Positions 37,658 through 45,989 of a stretch of DNA of 64,000 nucleotides are shown here, piece by piece; position 1 is the stretch's first letter, and each line of letters opens with the position of its first letter. The translations under genes were made by a program, and so were the position numbers. The notes beneath the pieces were generated by a model. It was not told where the DNA came from. It saw only the letters and a list, made by a program, of their open reading frames with translations, and made no database searches. Source of the stretch: an uncultured virus (IMG/VR IMGVR_UViG_2711768086_000002). Its lineage: Duplodnaviria; Heunggongvirae; Uroviricota; Caudoviricetes. Location: IMG/VR virus record IMGVR_UViG_2711768086_000002, one strand, 5' to 3'.

Positions 37658-38358
37658 CGGCCCGCTCCCGTCGCGTACTCGGTCGGGTCTTCGACGCCCG
37701 CGACCTCGAACGCTTCGCGACGCTCGATGCACGTCCCGCACGTGCCACAGTGCACCCGGCCGCCCTTGTAGCAGGACCAGGTCCGCTCGAACGGCACGCC
37801 GACCTGGCCCCCGACGGTCACGATGTCCGCCTTGGTCAGGGCCAGGAACGGCGCGATGAGGTCGAAGCCCTCCACGTGGAACCCGTCGGTGGCCGCGCGA
37901 GCTGTCTCGGCGAACTGGTCGAAGAACTCGCCGCGGCAGTCCGGGTAGATCGGGTGGTCACCAGCATGTGCACCGAACGCCACCGCGTCGGCCCCAGCGG
38001 CCACGGCTACACCGACCGCCACCGAAAGCATGATCATGTTCCGGTTCGGCACCACCGTGGCACGCATGCTCTGGTCGCTGTAGTGCCCGTCGGGCACCTG
38101 CACTGCCGTGTCGGTCAGCGCGGACCCGCCGAGGAGCCGGCCGACGCTGGTCAGATCGACCACCTCGTGGCTGGCATCCAGAAGCTCACCGACGGCTCGG
38201 GCGTAGTCCAACTCCTTGCGGTGACGCTGCCCGTAGTCGAAGGACAGCAGCGTCACGCGGCTTCCCAGGCTGGCGAGCCAGTACGCCACGGTGGTGCTGT
38301 CGAGTCCACCGGATGCGATCACCACAGCGTGACCCGGCGGCTTTGAAAGCTTGATCAT
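37654..38358 (-). CDS. queC: 7-cyano-7-deazaguanine synthase
   Basis: SGGLDS, FDYGQRH..E, VPNRN, YPDCR, TWSCY...HCGTCGTC..R. Confidence 0.97.
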   Translation of the reverse strand: MIKLSKPPGHAVVIASGGLDSTTVAYWLASLGSRVTLLSFDYGQRHRKELDYARAVGELLDASHEVVDLTSVGRLLGGSALTDTAVQVPDGHYSDQSMRATVVPNRNMIMLSVAVGVAVAAGADAVAFGAHAGDHPIYPDCRGEFFDQFAETARAATDGFHVEGFDLIAPFLALTKADIVTVGGQVGVPFERTWSCYKGGRVHCGTCGTCIERREAFEVAGVEDPTEYATGAGR

Positions 38359-38381
38359 CTCCTACGTTCCCTTGCTGTAGT

Positions 38382-38444
38382 CCTCCGTCACCGGAGGGCG
38401 GAGTGAGTCCGTTGCTCAGGGGCAACGGCGTGCGCGGAAGCGCA
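38382..38444 (-). promoter_or_regulatory. Three tandem hairpins in the queC leader
   Basis: Perfect stems of 5, 7 and 6 bp (38431-44, 38409-28, 38382-97). Confidence 0.45.
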
Positions 38445-38490
38445 TGTTCAATCGACGCGAGAGGTATCGGCCCCGTAGCTGCGGCTCGCC

Positions 38491-39018
38491 CTACCGCGCG
38501 ACTTGGGAACCGTGATCGCGGGAGGCCACTGCGAAGTGAGCCTCCTGACCTTCGGCTTCCCGGTCATTCGTCCGGATCGTGACCAGCTGCGCGAGAGCTC
38601 CCGGGTTCGGCACCATCAGCAGCATCCTGGCGACGGCCAACCCCGCACACACCGTTCGCAGATGGTGAAGCGCGACAGCCGGAAGTGCTCCACGCAGCCG
38701 ATCTACCGAGTCCAGGAAGGAAGCGCAGATCGCCAGCACCTGACTTGCACCCACCACTTCGTCGCGATGGCCATGACGATCGATCACTCGCTGGGCAGCA
38801 GCGCCGCACTCCCGAGCCAGCTCACCAACTCCCGGGTCCTCCTCGACGAGCGCGCCCCACCATTCCAGCTCGGCCGCCACGTACATCAAGGCCCGTTCTC
38901 GCGAGAAGCGCGGAAGTCCATTCGTGGTCGTGGGAACGGGCCAGTCGAACGCTGCCGACATCGAACTGGCGTCTCCGCCAAGCGCGGGCCAGGCCCGACG
39001 CAAAGTCAGATCGGCCAT
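38491..39018 (-). CDS. Hypothetical protein
   Basis: RBS before MADLTL; overlaps the upstream gene. Confidence 0.5.
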   Translation of the reverse strand: MADLTLRRAWPALGGDASSMSAAFDWPVPTTTNGLPRFSRERALMYVAAELEWWGALVEEDPGVGELARECGAAAQRVIDRHGHRDEVVGASQVLAICASFLDSVDRLRGALPAVALHHLRTVCAGLAVARMLLMVPNPGALAQLVTIRTNDREAEGQEAHFAVASRDHGSQVAR

Positions 39019-39512
39019 GCCGACTCCCTCCCTGGGAGTACGGGCTCTGCGCCCGTGCCGACCTGCGCAGTGAACACATACACCGCTTGGTCGTCGCGCA
39101 CCGACACCGCGTAGCTCTCGCCTGCGGCGAGAGCCGCCATGGCGCTTGCCTGCGCCTCCTCGTCGTCCAGCCAGGCCCGCGCCGGCTGGCACTCTGCGGG
39201 GTCCAGCTGGTCTGCCAGCTGCGACATGCGTAGCCGCACCCACCGGACCGCCAGCCGAGCGTCGGCCGTCGGATGAGAGCCGAACAGGATTGGCCGTCCA
39301 GCGCCGTGTGCGTAGGCAACCGCGTAGCACCAGTAGCCAAGTCGCCTGCGCTCTGGTCCCGCAAGGCATCCCAGAGCAGATCCAGTTCGCGGCCCGCCGA
39401 GCTGCGGCCCGGCTGGCGGCCGACTCGCCGGACGCGTCGGCGGACGCGTCCTCGGCGAGGCCCTGCGGCGACCACTGCCGAGGCCCAGCGCGCGCTTCAC
39501 TAAGCCCCTCAT
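39006..39512 (-). CDS. Conserved streptomycete-type hypothetical protein
   Basis: YWC...LAVRWVR....LADQLDP...WL.D pattern; ATGA overlap with the HATPase gene. Confidence 0.6.
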   Translation of the reverse strand: MRGLVKRALGLGSGRRRASPRTRPPTRPASRPPAGPQLGGPRTGSALGCLAGPERRRLGYWCYAVAYAHGAGRPILFGSHPTADARLAVRWVRLRMSQLADQLDPAECQPARAWLDDEEAQASAMAALAAGESYAVSVRDDQAVYVFTAQVGTGAEPVLPGRESAWPI

Positions 39513-39958
39513 GCCGCCTCCTCCGGACACTTGCCGCTGTCCCGCAGCAGCACCCTCGCCCACACCGTCTTGCTCCTTTTCGTCGTCACGATGTCCATGT
39601 CGAGCGCCAGCCTTTTGACCAGCGGCAGACCTCGTCCGCTCTCGCCTCGGACGACCAGCTGCTTGGGTGGAAGCAAGTCCGGCCGAAAGTCGTCCACTTC
39701 GACCCGGCAGTCGCCGTCGATCTCCTGCAACCGCAGGCGTACGTCGTCACCCGGGCTGCTGGCGTGCCTGATCGCGTTCGTCAGCAGCTCTGAAACGATG
39801 ATCAACAGGTCATCCACGTGGCTCCCGGTCCAGCCCCAGCGAGCTACCTGGGACCTCACTTGGCGGCGAGCCAGTCCGACCGATGCCGGCCACGCGGTGA
39901 ACGTCATCTCCCACTTGCGAAGGCCCTGTCGGGGCTGGCTGACGGTCGCCACGTGCAT
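39509..39958 (-). CDS. RsbW-like HATPase (ATP-binding regulatory protein)
   Basis: ARRQV, VSELLTNAIRH, EVDD, ESGRGL.LV, KTVWA. Confidence 0.9.
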   Translation of the reverse strand: MHVATVSQPRQGLRKWEMTFTAWPASVGLARRQVRSQVARWGWTGSHVDDLLIIVSELLTNAIRHASSPGDDVRLRLQEIDGDCRVEVDDFRPDLLPPKQLVVRGESGRGLPLVKRLALDMDIVTTKRSKTVWARVLLRDSGKCPEEAA

Positions 39959-40052
39959 CGCTCCCATGGTCAGGAGCGACTGCGCGCTCCGGTACTGGTT
40001 CGCTTGCGGACACCCAGGGTTCCGCTCCCGCCGCAGACCAGCCAGGACGCCG

Positions 40053-40074
40053 AGCGGCCATTCAGCGGCCATTC
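40053..40074. repeat. Tandem 11-bp direct repeat in a divergent promoter region
   Basis: AGCGGCCATTC x2. Confidence 0.55.
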
Positions 40075-40178
40075 GATGGCCAGCTGGCATCCGCGGTGGT
40101 GGAGTTTTCGTCCGATCCGGTCACTCTGGGCCGTAGCACCTCTACCGTGAGCAAGGTCAAGAACCTCAGGGGGTCACG

Positions 40179-41489
40179 ATGAGAGCGCCCGGTAACGAGC
40201 ACCTTTATGCGGCAAGGGTGTCCCGGGGATGGTTTTCCCAAGAGAAGGCCGCAGAGGGCATCAGTCTGGCGGGTCAGGATGAGCTCAAGGACGACAGCTT
40301 CAACGTGAGTGTCCGGACTTACCGGCGGTGGGAGAGCCCCACACCCCCGTGGCCTCGCCCCGACTACGCCACGGCGTTACGCGCCGCGTTCGACCGCGGT
40401 CCGGAGCACCTAGGCTTCGTGCCTCCAGGAGGCGTCGGCGTCGAGCCGAGTGGACCAACACTCGACTCAGAAGTCATGATCCCGCGTGTGAACCGTCGCG
40501 AAGCACTCGCCGCCGGCGCCGCCGCTCTCGGCCTGCCCTGGCTGTCCTCCACCAACTCCGCTCCGACCGGCCGTCACGAGTTACGGATCGGCGACGAGGA
40601 AATCAACGACCTCCGCGCCACAGCACTCGACCTCGACGCCATCGACCAGCGGTTCGGCGGCGATCGGCTGTGGCGGTCTGCCCGCAAGCACCTGTTGTGG
40701 GTCCACCACCTGATAGACCAAGGCTCGTACACCGATGCGGTCGGACAGGAGCTCCAAGGCCTCGCTGGCGAACTGACAACGTCTCTCGGGTGGTTCTGCT
40801 ACGACGCGGACCAGCAGGCCGAGGCACGGGTCTACTTCTCCGAAGCCCTCAACACCGCGATGCTCGCAGGCAACGCGATTCTCGCCACTCGGACACTCTC
40901 GAACATGGCCAGACAGAGCGTCGACCTGGGGAAGCCACGCGAAGCCGTGCGGTTCGCTCAGATCGCGCAGGGTCACGCGGCCAAATGGCAGGCCCCAGCC
41001 CGGGTGTCAGCACTGCTGGCCATCCGCGAGGCCCAGGGCTACGCGCACATGGGCAACGAAGTGGCCTGCTCAACGGCCATCAAGCGTGCCTGGCAGCAAT
41101 TCGGCCGAGGCATCAGTGATCGCGACCCGGACTGGGTGGGTTTCCTCAACGAAGCCGAACTGACGTGCCTTGAGGGAATGTGCCGCCTGGATCTTGGGCA
41201 GCACAAGCGATCAGTACGCCTGCTCGAACGATCTGCTGCACTCCAGGACATCGAGCACTCTCGGAACCGGGGTATGTGCTTGGCACGGCTGTCCTACGCG
41301 GCCGTCCAGGACCGCGATCTCGATCGGACAGTGGCAGCTGCTCAGGAGTCCCTGCGCCTCATCCAGGGCGGCATGACGTCCACAAGGAACAAGCAGCAAC
41401 TCGTGCTCGTCAGGGACAGCCTCGCCCCGTTCCACAAGAGCCCCGAAGTACGACACACCGCAGAGCTCCTCACTGCGAACATCGCGTGA
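40179..41489 (+). CDS. XRE-HTH plus TPR-like transcriptional regulator
   Basis: SQEKAAE...VSVRTYRRWES...PWP HTH; RR..L linker; helical C-terminal domain; two TTA codons. Confidence 0.85.
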   Translation: MRAPGNEHLYAARVSRGWFSQEKAAEGISLAGQDELKDDSFNVSVRTYRRWESPTPPWPRPDYATALRAAFDRGPEHLGFVPPGGVGVEPSGPTLDSEVMIPRVNRREALAAGAAALGLPWLSSTNSAPTGRHELRIGDEEINDLRATALDLDAIDQRFGGDRLWRSARKHLLWVHHLIDQGSYTDAVGQELQGLAGELTTSLGWFCYDADQQAEARVYFSEALNTAMLAGNAILATRTLSNMARQSVDLGKPREAVRFAQIAQGHAAKWQAPARVSALLAIREAQGYAHMGNEVACSTAIKRAWQQFGRGISDRDPDWVGFLNEAELTCLEGMCRLDLGQHKRSVRLLERSAALQDIEHSRNRGMCLARLSYAAVQDRDLDRTVAAAQESLRLIQGGMTSTRNKQQLVLVRDSLAPFHKSPEVRHTAELLTANIA

Positions 41490-41510
41490 CCATGCGAAGG
41501 AGAGTTACCC

Positions 41511-42071
41511 GTGAACGACCTTGAACTGCGCCACTACCGGGGCACCGCGGCGAAGGAGGTACTCGATGAGCTCGTGGCGGTCTACACCGTGGTCTACGAC
41601 GTTCCCCCGTACATCGGCGACCCGTTTTTCTCCGTCGAGTCGTTCGCCGAGCGCCTCCAGGGCGCGCTGGAGATGAACGGCTTCGAGACCGTCACCGCCC
41701 GGCTGGCCGGTGAGATGGTGGGCCTCGTGCACGGCGTCACCCTTCCCGCCGACCGGGCGTGGTGGACCAGCCTCGGCGAGGCCCGGCCGGCGGAGGCCCT
41801 CGCAGCTGCCGAGGCTGGTCAGGTCTTCTGGCTCCGGGAGCTCATGGTCCTCCCCAAGTACACCGGCCAGGGGATCGGCCGACGGCTGCATGACGAAGTG
41901 GTCGCCGGCCGTGAAGAGCCGTGGACTGCGCTGACGTGCATCTTCGACAACGAGCCTGCCCGCAGTGCCTACCCCAGGTGGGGTTACGAGGTGATCGGCG
42001 GGCGCATCAAGCACGCTCCTGAATCCCCGGAGTACGACGCCATGATCCTGCGACCTGCTCAGGGTCGATAG
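41511..42071 (+). CDS. GNAT acetyltransferase
   Basis: ELMV.P...GQGIG..L, N.PA...Y..WGY. Confidence 0.88.
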   Translation: MNDLELRHYRGTAAKEVLDELVAVYTVVYDVPPYIGDPFFSVESFAERLQGALEMNGFETVTARLAGEMVGLVHGVTLPADRAWWTSLGEARPAEALAAAEAGQVFWLRELMVLPKYTGQGIGRRLHDEVVAGREEPWTALTCIFDNEPARSAYPRWGYEVIGGRIKHAPESPEYDAMILRPAQGR

Positions 42072-42870
42072 CGGGCCTCGGCCCGAAGGCCCGGCGGCAC
42101 CGGGGGTGAGAGATCGGCCAGTCGGCCGCCTCGTCCAAGGTGCGCAGCGTCCGGGTCGCCTTGTCCGGGTCGGTGTGGGAAGTCCAGCCGCAATCGGGCC
42201 CGTCGAAGACCTCGACGTACGTGACGCCGTTCTCACGCGCCTGGTTGAGGGTTCCTGCGTTGTAGGCCACCGCGCTCTTCGCGAGCGTGGCGGCCTCGGC
42301 CCAAGCCCTGATCGGCACCCTGGCACCGTTGCGGTAGATGACGTACTCGAGGTGGCTGCTGGCGGCCAGCCGGTCGGCGAGCGCGCGGGCGGCCTGCCTC
42401 GCGGTCACGTTCCCGGTCGTGAGAAGGGGGACCTCGCGTCGCGCTGCCGCGCGGGCGGCGCGGTAGAAGGCATCGGCCATCCGGCCGGTCTCCTGGCTTC
42501 GTCGCAGGAAGTCGCCGTAGGAGTCGGCGGCCAGTGCTCGAAGGGCTTCACGGTGGATCAGTGTCCAGGTGAAGCGGGCACCGGAGGCAGAGGCAGCCGC
42601 CGTCGCCCCCTGCTCGTACAAGTGCGGCAGCTGGCGGCCGACGAACTGTGCAGCTTCGTCGTCCACAGCCCTGTGGAAATCCTCAATGGCCCGTTTGAAC
42701 TCCTCCAGCGTGGCGAGGACGTGGGGCGCACGCCAGTTGTCTGCGAACGCGGCGATCACGGCGGCCTGGCGGGCGTGGAGCCGCTGCCAGGCGTCCTCCA
42801 GGACCGCTGCCACCCGACGGGCGACCTCGTCAGCGTCGCCGGGTACCAGCGGCGGCCAGTCGTACGACAT
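42007..42870 (-). CDS. Minor capsid / head morphogenesis (MuF-like) protein
   Basis: C-terminal V.DG.DC...HPRCRR; position after the capsid genes. Confidence 0.75.
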   Translation of the reverse strand: MSYDWPPLVPGDADEVARRVAAVLEDAWQRLHARQAAVIAAFADNWRAPHVLATLEEFKRAIEDFHRAVDDEAAQFVGRQLPHLYEQGATAAASASGARFTWTLIHREALRALAADSYGDFLRRSQETGRMADAFYRAARAAARREVPLLTTGNVTARQAARALADRLAASSHLEYVIYRNGARVPIRAWAEAATLAKSAVAYNAGTLNQARENGVTYVEVFDGPDCGWTSHTDPDKATRTLRTLDEAADWPISHPRCRRAFGPRPAIDPEQVAGSWRRTPGIQERA

Positions 42871-42876
42871 GGCCGG

Positions 42877-43200
42877 CTACCGGGCGCGCCGGGCCGGGAC
42901 GAGCGCGGTGACGTCCAGGTGCGGTACTGCGTCGTCACCGGCCGCGTCGTCCGGGCCCGGGTTGGCCTGGATCGCCGCGAGCTGCCTCTCAAGGCCGGTG
43001 AGGTTGGCGGTCTGGTCCATGGTGACCACGCCGTCAACAACGAGCCGTAGCGGCTCGGCGAGCAGCTTGGCGCGGCGCTCCGACAGCACTTCCAGCGCGA
43101 CGGCGCGGGCACTGTGCAGGCGCTCGTACCGGCCAGTGAGTTCTGCCAGGTCCATGGGGCCGAGCTGAGCGAGCAGCCAGGCCCGAACGGTGTCGTCCAA
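42877..43200 (-). CDS. Head-tail connector-like protein
   Basis: TTG start after GGAG; position. Confidence 0.6.
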   Translation of the reverse strand: MDDTVRAWLLAQLGPMDLAELTGRYERLHSARAVALEVLSERRAKLLAEPLRLVVDGVVTMDQTANLTGLERQLAAIQANPGPDDAAGDDAVPHLDVTALVPARRAR

Positions 43201-43224
43201 GGGAATCTCCTCGGGGGTGTGAGT

Positions 43225-43255
43225 GAGGCCCGGCACCGTGCCGGTGCCGGGCCTC
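43225..43255 (-). terminator. Hairpin after the capsid genes
   Basis: 13-bp perfect stem GAGGCCCGGCACC/GGTGCCGGGCCTC. Confidence 0.55.
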
Positions 43256-43267
43256 GTCTGGGTGGCG

Positions 43268-43480
43268 CTACTCGGGGTCGATCCAGCGGATGGTCGTTGC
43301 TCCGCCGTGGCCGTGGATGGACTCGGCCATCTCCAGGGACGGCCACACGACTGTGGACGGCCGGTCGCCGAGCCACTGCACAACGGCGATGCCGGCGCTG
43401 AACAGCACGCCCTCGGCAACCAGTCCGGTGCCGGAGACGCCCGACACGTCGACCGCTCGGTCCAGTACGAACCTACGCAT
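43268..43480 (-). CDS. Conserved actinophage small protein
   Basis: F.L.R..DVSGVSGTG.VAEG..F...HGH.G.T pattern. Confidence 0.7.
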   Translation of the reverse strand: MRRFVLDRAVDVSGVSGTGLVAEGVLFSAGIAVVQWLGDRPSTVVWPSLEMAESIHGHGGATTIRWIDPE

Positions 43481-43652
43481 CGGTGACCGTTTCCTGCTCC
43501 TGGTCCCCCGGCTCGTCGTCGGGCTCCCAGGCATCAGGGTTGGTGATCAGAGCGGCCACCTCTGGTGCGGGCTCATCCCCTGGCTGGAGGACGAGCCGCT
43601 CGCGGGTGACCGGGTGGTCGAGGTGCACGGCGGCGGCCAGACGGGCGCCCAT
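43473..43652 (-). CDS. Small capsid-associated hypothetical protein
   Basis: L.PGDEP...A.LITNP.AW; coupled to the capsid gene. Confidence 0.6.
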   Translation of the reverse strand: MGARLAAAVHLDHPVTRERLVLQPGDEPAPEVAALITNPDAWEPDDEPGDQEQETVTDA

Positions 43653-44701
43653 CACAGGACCTTCGCGACGATGTGGGCGTCCGGGGTATGCAGGACGGGC
43701 ATGCCGACGGCTGCGCCCTTGGTCCAGATCTGGACCGGGTCGTCCTGCACGCCGCGGGTGATGATCACGCCCGGGGCGTCCTCCCGGTCGATCTCCGGGG
43801 TGGTGCCGCGCGACAGCACCAGGGCCTCGGCTGTGATGCCGAACTGAAGCTGCCCCCACTTCGTGCGGTCCGGCGGCAGCATGATCCAGCGGTCCTCCGG
43901 CAAGACCTTGGTCGGGGTTCCGTCCACACGGACCTGAGCCTTGTAGAACGTGATCGGAGGGAGGCCATAGTTTCCGCGCACCGTGTTGACCTGCTGGGGC
44001 GTCAGGGTCGCGGTGGGGGTGGTGGACGGGTTCACCGAGCCGTAGTAGGCGGCCCGGTACGCGTTGTTCTTCGCGAGGAAGCTGTACGCCTTGCGGGAGG
44101 TGAGCACCATCTCCGGCTCGGGTGCGCCGAGGTCGTCCAGGTACTGGATCCAGGCGAGCTCGTCGGCGATCGGATCGGAGGTGGGGTCGGACCACGGCTT
44201 CGCGGCAGTCGGCATGTTCCCGGCCGGGACGCCGAAGTCGACCTCCAGCGTCAGGCCGTTCTCTCCGGCAAGGGTGAACTTGCCGTCAAGGAGGACGTCG
44301 CCGGCTGCGAGTTCCAGGCGGGAGCGGATCGCCTCGACGTGTCGCTCCACGTCGTCGTAGAGCAGTTCGATCAGGCGGTCCTGGTCGGCGCCGTGGGACT
44401 GCTCCAGCAGGATCTGCTCCTGCTCGCCGACCACGAGCTTCTGCCCCAGGGGCGGCAGGAAGCCCTCGCGGGCGTTCTCCCACGCCTGCCGGTCGGCGAA
44501 CGGCACGGATGCGTCGTAGGCGCGGTACTTGGCGGTGCTGACGTAGCGGCCGTTGTTCTTGATCCTCCACTTGACCTCTCGCGAGACAAGGGTGGGGAAC
44601 ACAGCCTGGGTCAGAAGGAAATCTGCCGGGCTGGGGATGGCTCGGGCGAAGGCGGTCAGGTCGTGGGCCGACACGTCCTTGACGAGGTCCTGGATGGTCA
44701 T
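43652..44701 (-). CDS. Major capsid protein
   Basis: 349 aa; lambda gpE-like signatures; follows scaffold and decoration genes. Confidence 0.88.
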   Translation of the reverse strand: MTIQDLVKDVSAHDLTAFARAIPSPADFLLTQAVFPTLVSREVKWRIKNNGRYVSTAKYRAYDASVPFADRQAWENAREGFLPPLGQKLVVGEQEQILLEQSHGADQDRLIELLYDDVERHVEAIRSRLELAAGDVLLDGKFTLAGENGLTLEVDFGVPAGNMPTAAKPWSDPTSDPIADELAWIQYLDDLGAPEPEMVLTSRKAYSFLAKNNAYRAAYYGSVNPSTTPTATLTPQQVNTVRGNYGLPPITFYKAQVRVDGTPTKVLPEDRWIMLPPDRTKWGQLQFGITAEALVLSRGTTPEIDREDAPGVIITRGVQDDPVQIWTKGAAVGMPVLHTPDAHIVAKVL

Positions 44702-44714
44702 CGGTCAACTCCTG

Positions 44715-45134
44715 TTAGATGAAGCGGATCTGCGGGCCGGTCACTGAGGGCGTGACCTTGGTGGTGTCGATACCGCCGGGCACCTTGGCGGCCTTCACGA
44801 CGCCGTGCCACAGCAGCGCGGCGGGCACCTTCGGCTGCGTGGGGGCGAACAGCGTCTCGGCGAAGACGAAGCCGGCGAGGTTCTGGGTGCCGTCGGCAGC
44901 GGCCGGGTTGAACGGCCCGTAGAGGCCCGACGCTGTGATCCGTCCGACGGGCACACCGGACAGGACACGGCTGTAGGGCTGGGTGGTGTCGGTGGAGACC
45001 TGGTAGTGAGTGCCTGCGGTGAACTTCGCGATGTCGAGGGTGATCGTCTCGATGCTGTCGGTGCCGTGCAGGCTCGCGAGCCAGCTGCGGTCGGCCGTGT
45101 AGCTGGCCGAGCTGCTGATCGGCTGGATGGTCAA
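44715..45134 (-). CDS. Head decoration protein
   Basis: SG..VG.ITASGLYGP.....DG.....GF; TTG start after GGAG. Confidence 0.75.
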   Translation of the reverse strand: MTIQPISSSASYTADRSWLASLHGTDSIETITLDIAKFTAGTHYQVSTDTTQPYSRVLSGVPVGRITASGLYGPFNPAAADGTQNLAGFVFAETLFAPTQPKVPAALLWHGVVKAAKVPGGIDTTKVTPSVTGPQIRFI

Positions 45135-45247
45135 AGCCCCTCCTCGGGACGGAAGACGGATGTCACGTCTCGCACTCACCAGCGGTGGTGCCGTCCACGA
45201 AGGAGGGGCGTGGTCCCGATGGCCCGGATTTCTGCCGGGTCAGGAGG

Positions 45248-45874
45248 TCAGGAGGCGGCCTGGAGGTAGCCGCGCCGCTTGGCCATCTCCAGGCCAGCAG
45301 AGCCGGTAGCCGGGACCTGACCGCGCGGCGGCGGCCCGCCCGCGGGCGACCCACCGGGCGCCGGAGGAGCAGTTGCCGGTGAAGCCGGGCCGAACAGCTC
45401 CGGGCGGCGGACCTTCAGCGCGGCTGCTGCGTCCTTCACCGCCTGGTCGTCGGCATCGTCGGCCACGTCGAGGAGACGTTCGGCGTCGGTGAGGCCGTCA
45501 CCGGAAGCGCCGAGACGAGCCAGCGCGGCCTGGCGAACGGCCGCTCGAAGGCGGGCCTCGGCGGCCTGCTCCCGCTGCTGAGCGGCCTGCTCGCGCTGCT
45601 CGGCGGCCTGCTCGCGCCGCTGGACCTCGCTCAGCGCGGCCTGCTCCGCCGTTCGCTGCGCCTCGACCCAGGCACTCAGGGCGGCAGCATCGGCGAACCC
45701 GAGATCACCGACGAGCTTCTTCACGGCGGTGCGTTCACCCTGCGACTTCTCGCGGGCCAGCAGACGAGTAAGGGTGTCCTGGGTGATCAGGGCGCTGCCG
45801 GGATCGGAGGCCGGCGGCGCAGGCGGCAGCGAGGGATCGGCCGCAGGCAGGGGCGGCTGGGGAACTGCGGTCAT
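45248..45874 (-). CDS. Capsid scaffolding protein
   Basis: TQD...L.ARE, coiled coil, RPELF; position. Confidence 0.75.
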   Translation of the reverse strand: MTAVPQPPLPAADPSLPPAPPASDPGSALITQDTLTRLLAREKSQGERTAVKKLVGDLGFADAAALSAWVEAQRTAEQAALSEVQRREQAAEQREQAAQQREQAAEARLRAAVRQAALARLGASGDGLTDAERLLDVADDADDQAVKDAAAALKVRRPELFGPASPATAPPAPGGSPAGGPPPRGQVPATGSAGLEMAKRRGYLQAAS

Positions 45875-45989
45875 ACGGATTCCTCCGAAGCAGCGCCCCC
45901 GCGCCGATGATCAGTGTACCCAGCCGTCCGAGTGCCACCAGGATTTCGGGATGCGCCCACCGCCAGCGGCCTCACGCCGAGGTGGGCGC

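Larger units (their letters stand above)
28720..42071. mobile_element. Accessory island (moron) inserted into the morphogenesis operon
   Basis: Non-virion genes separate the minor capsid gene from the head-closure genes. Confidence 0.7.

Noticed and set aside
28771..38358. Housekeeping queuosine tRNA pathway
   Set aside because: No tgt, queA, queF or queG; prophage location with unrelated tailoring genes
38359..38490. preQ1 class I riboswitch
   Set aside because: No A-rich 3' tail or recognisable aptamer consensus by eye
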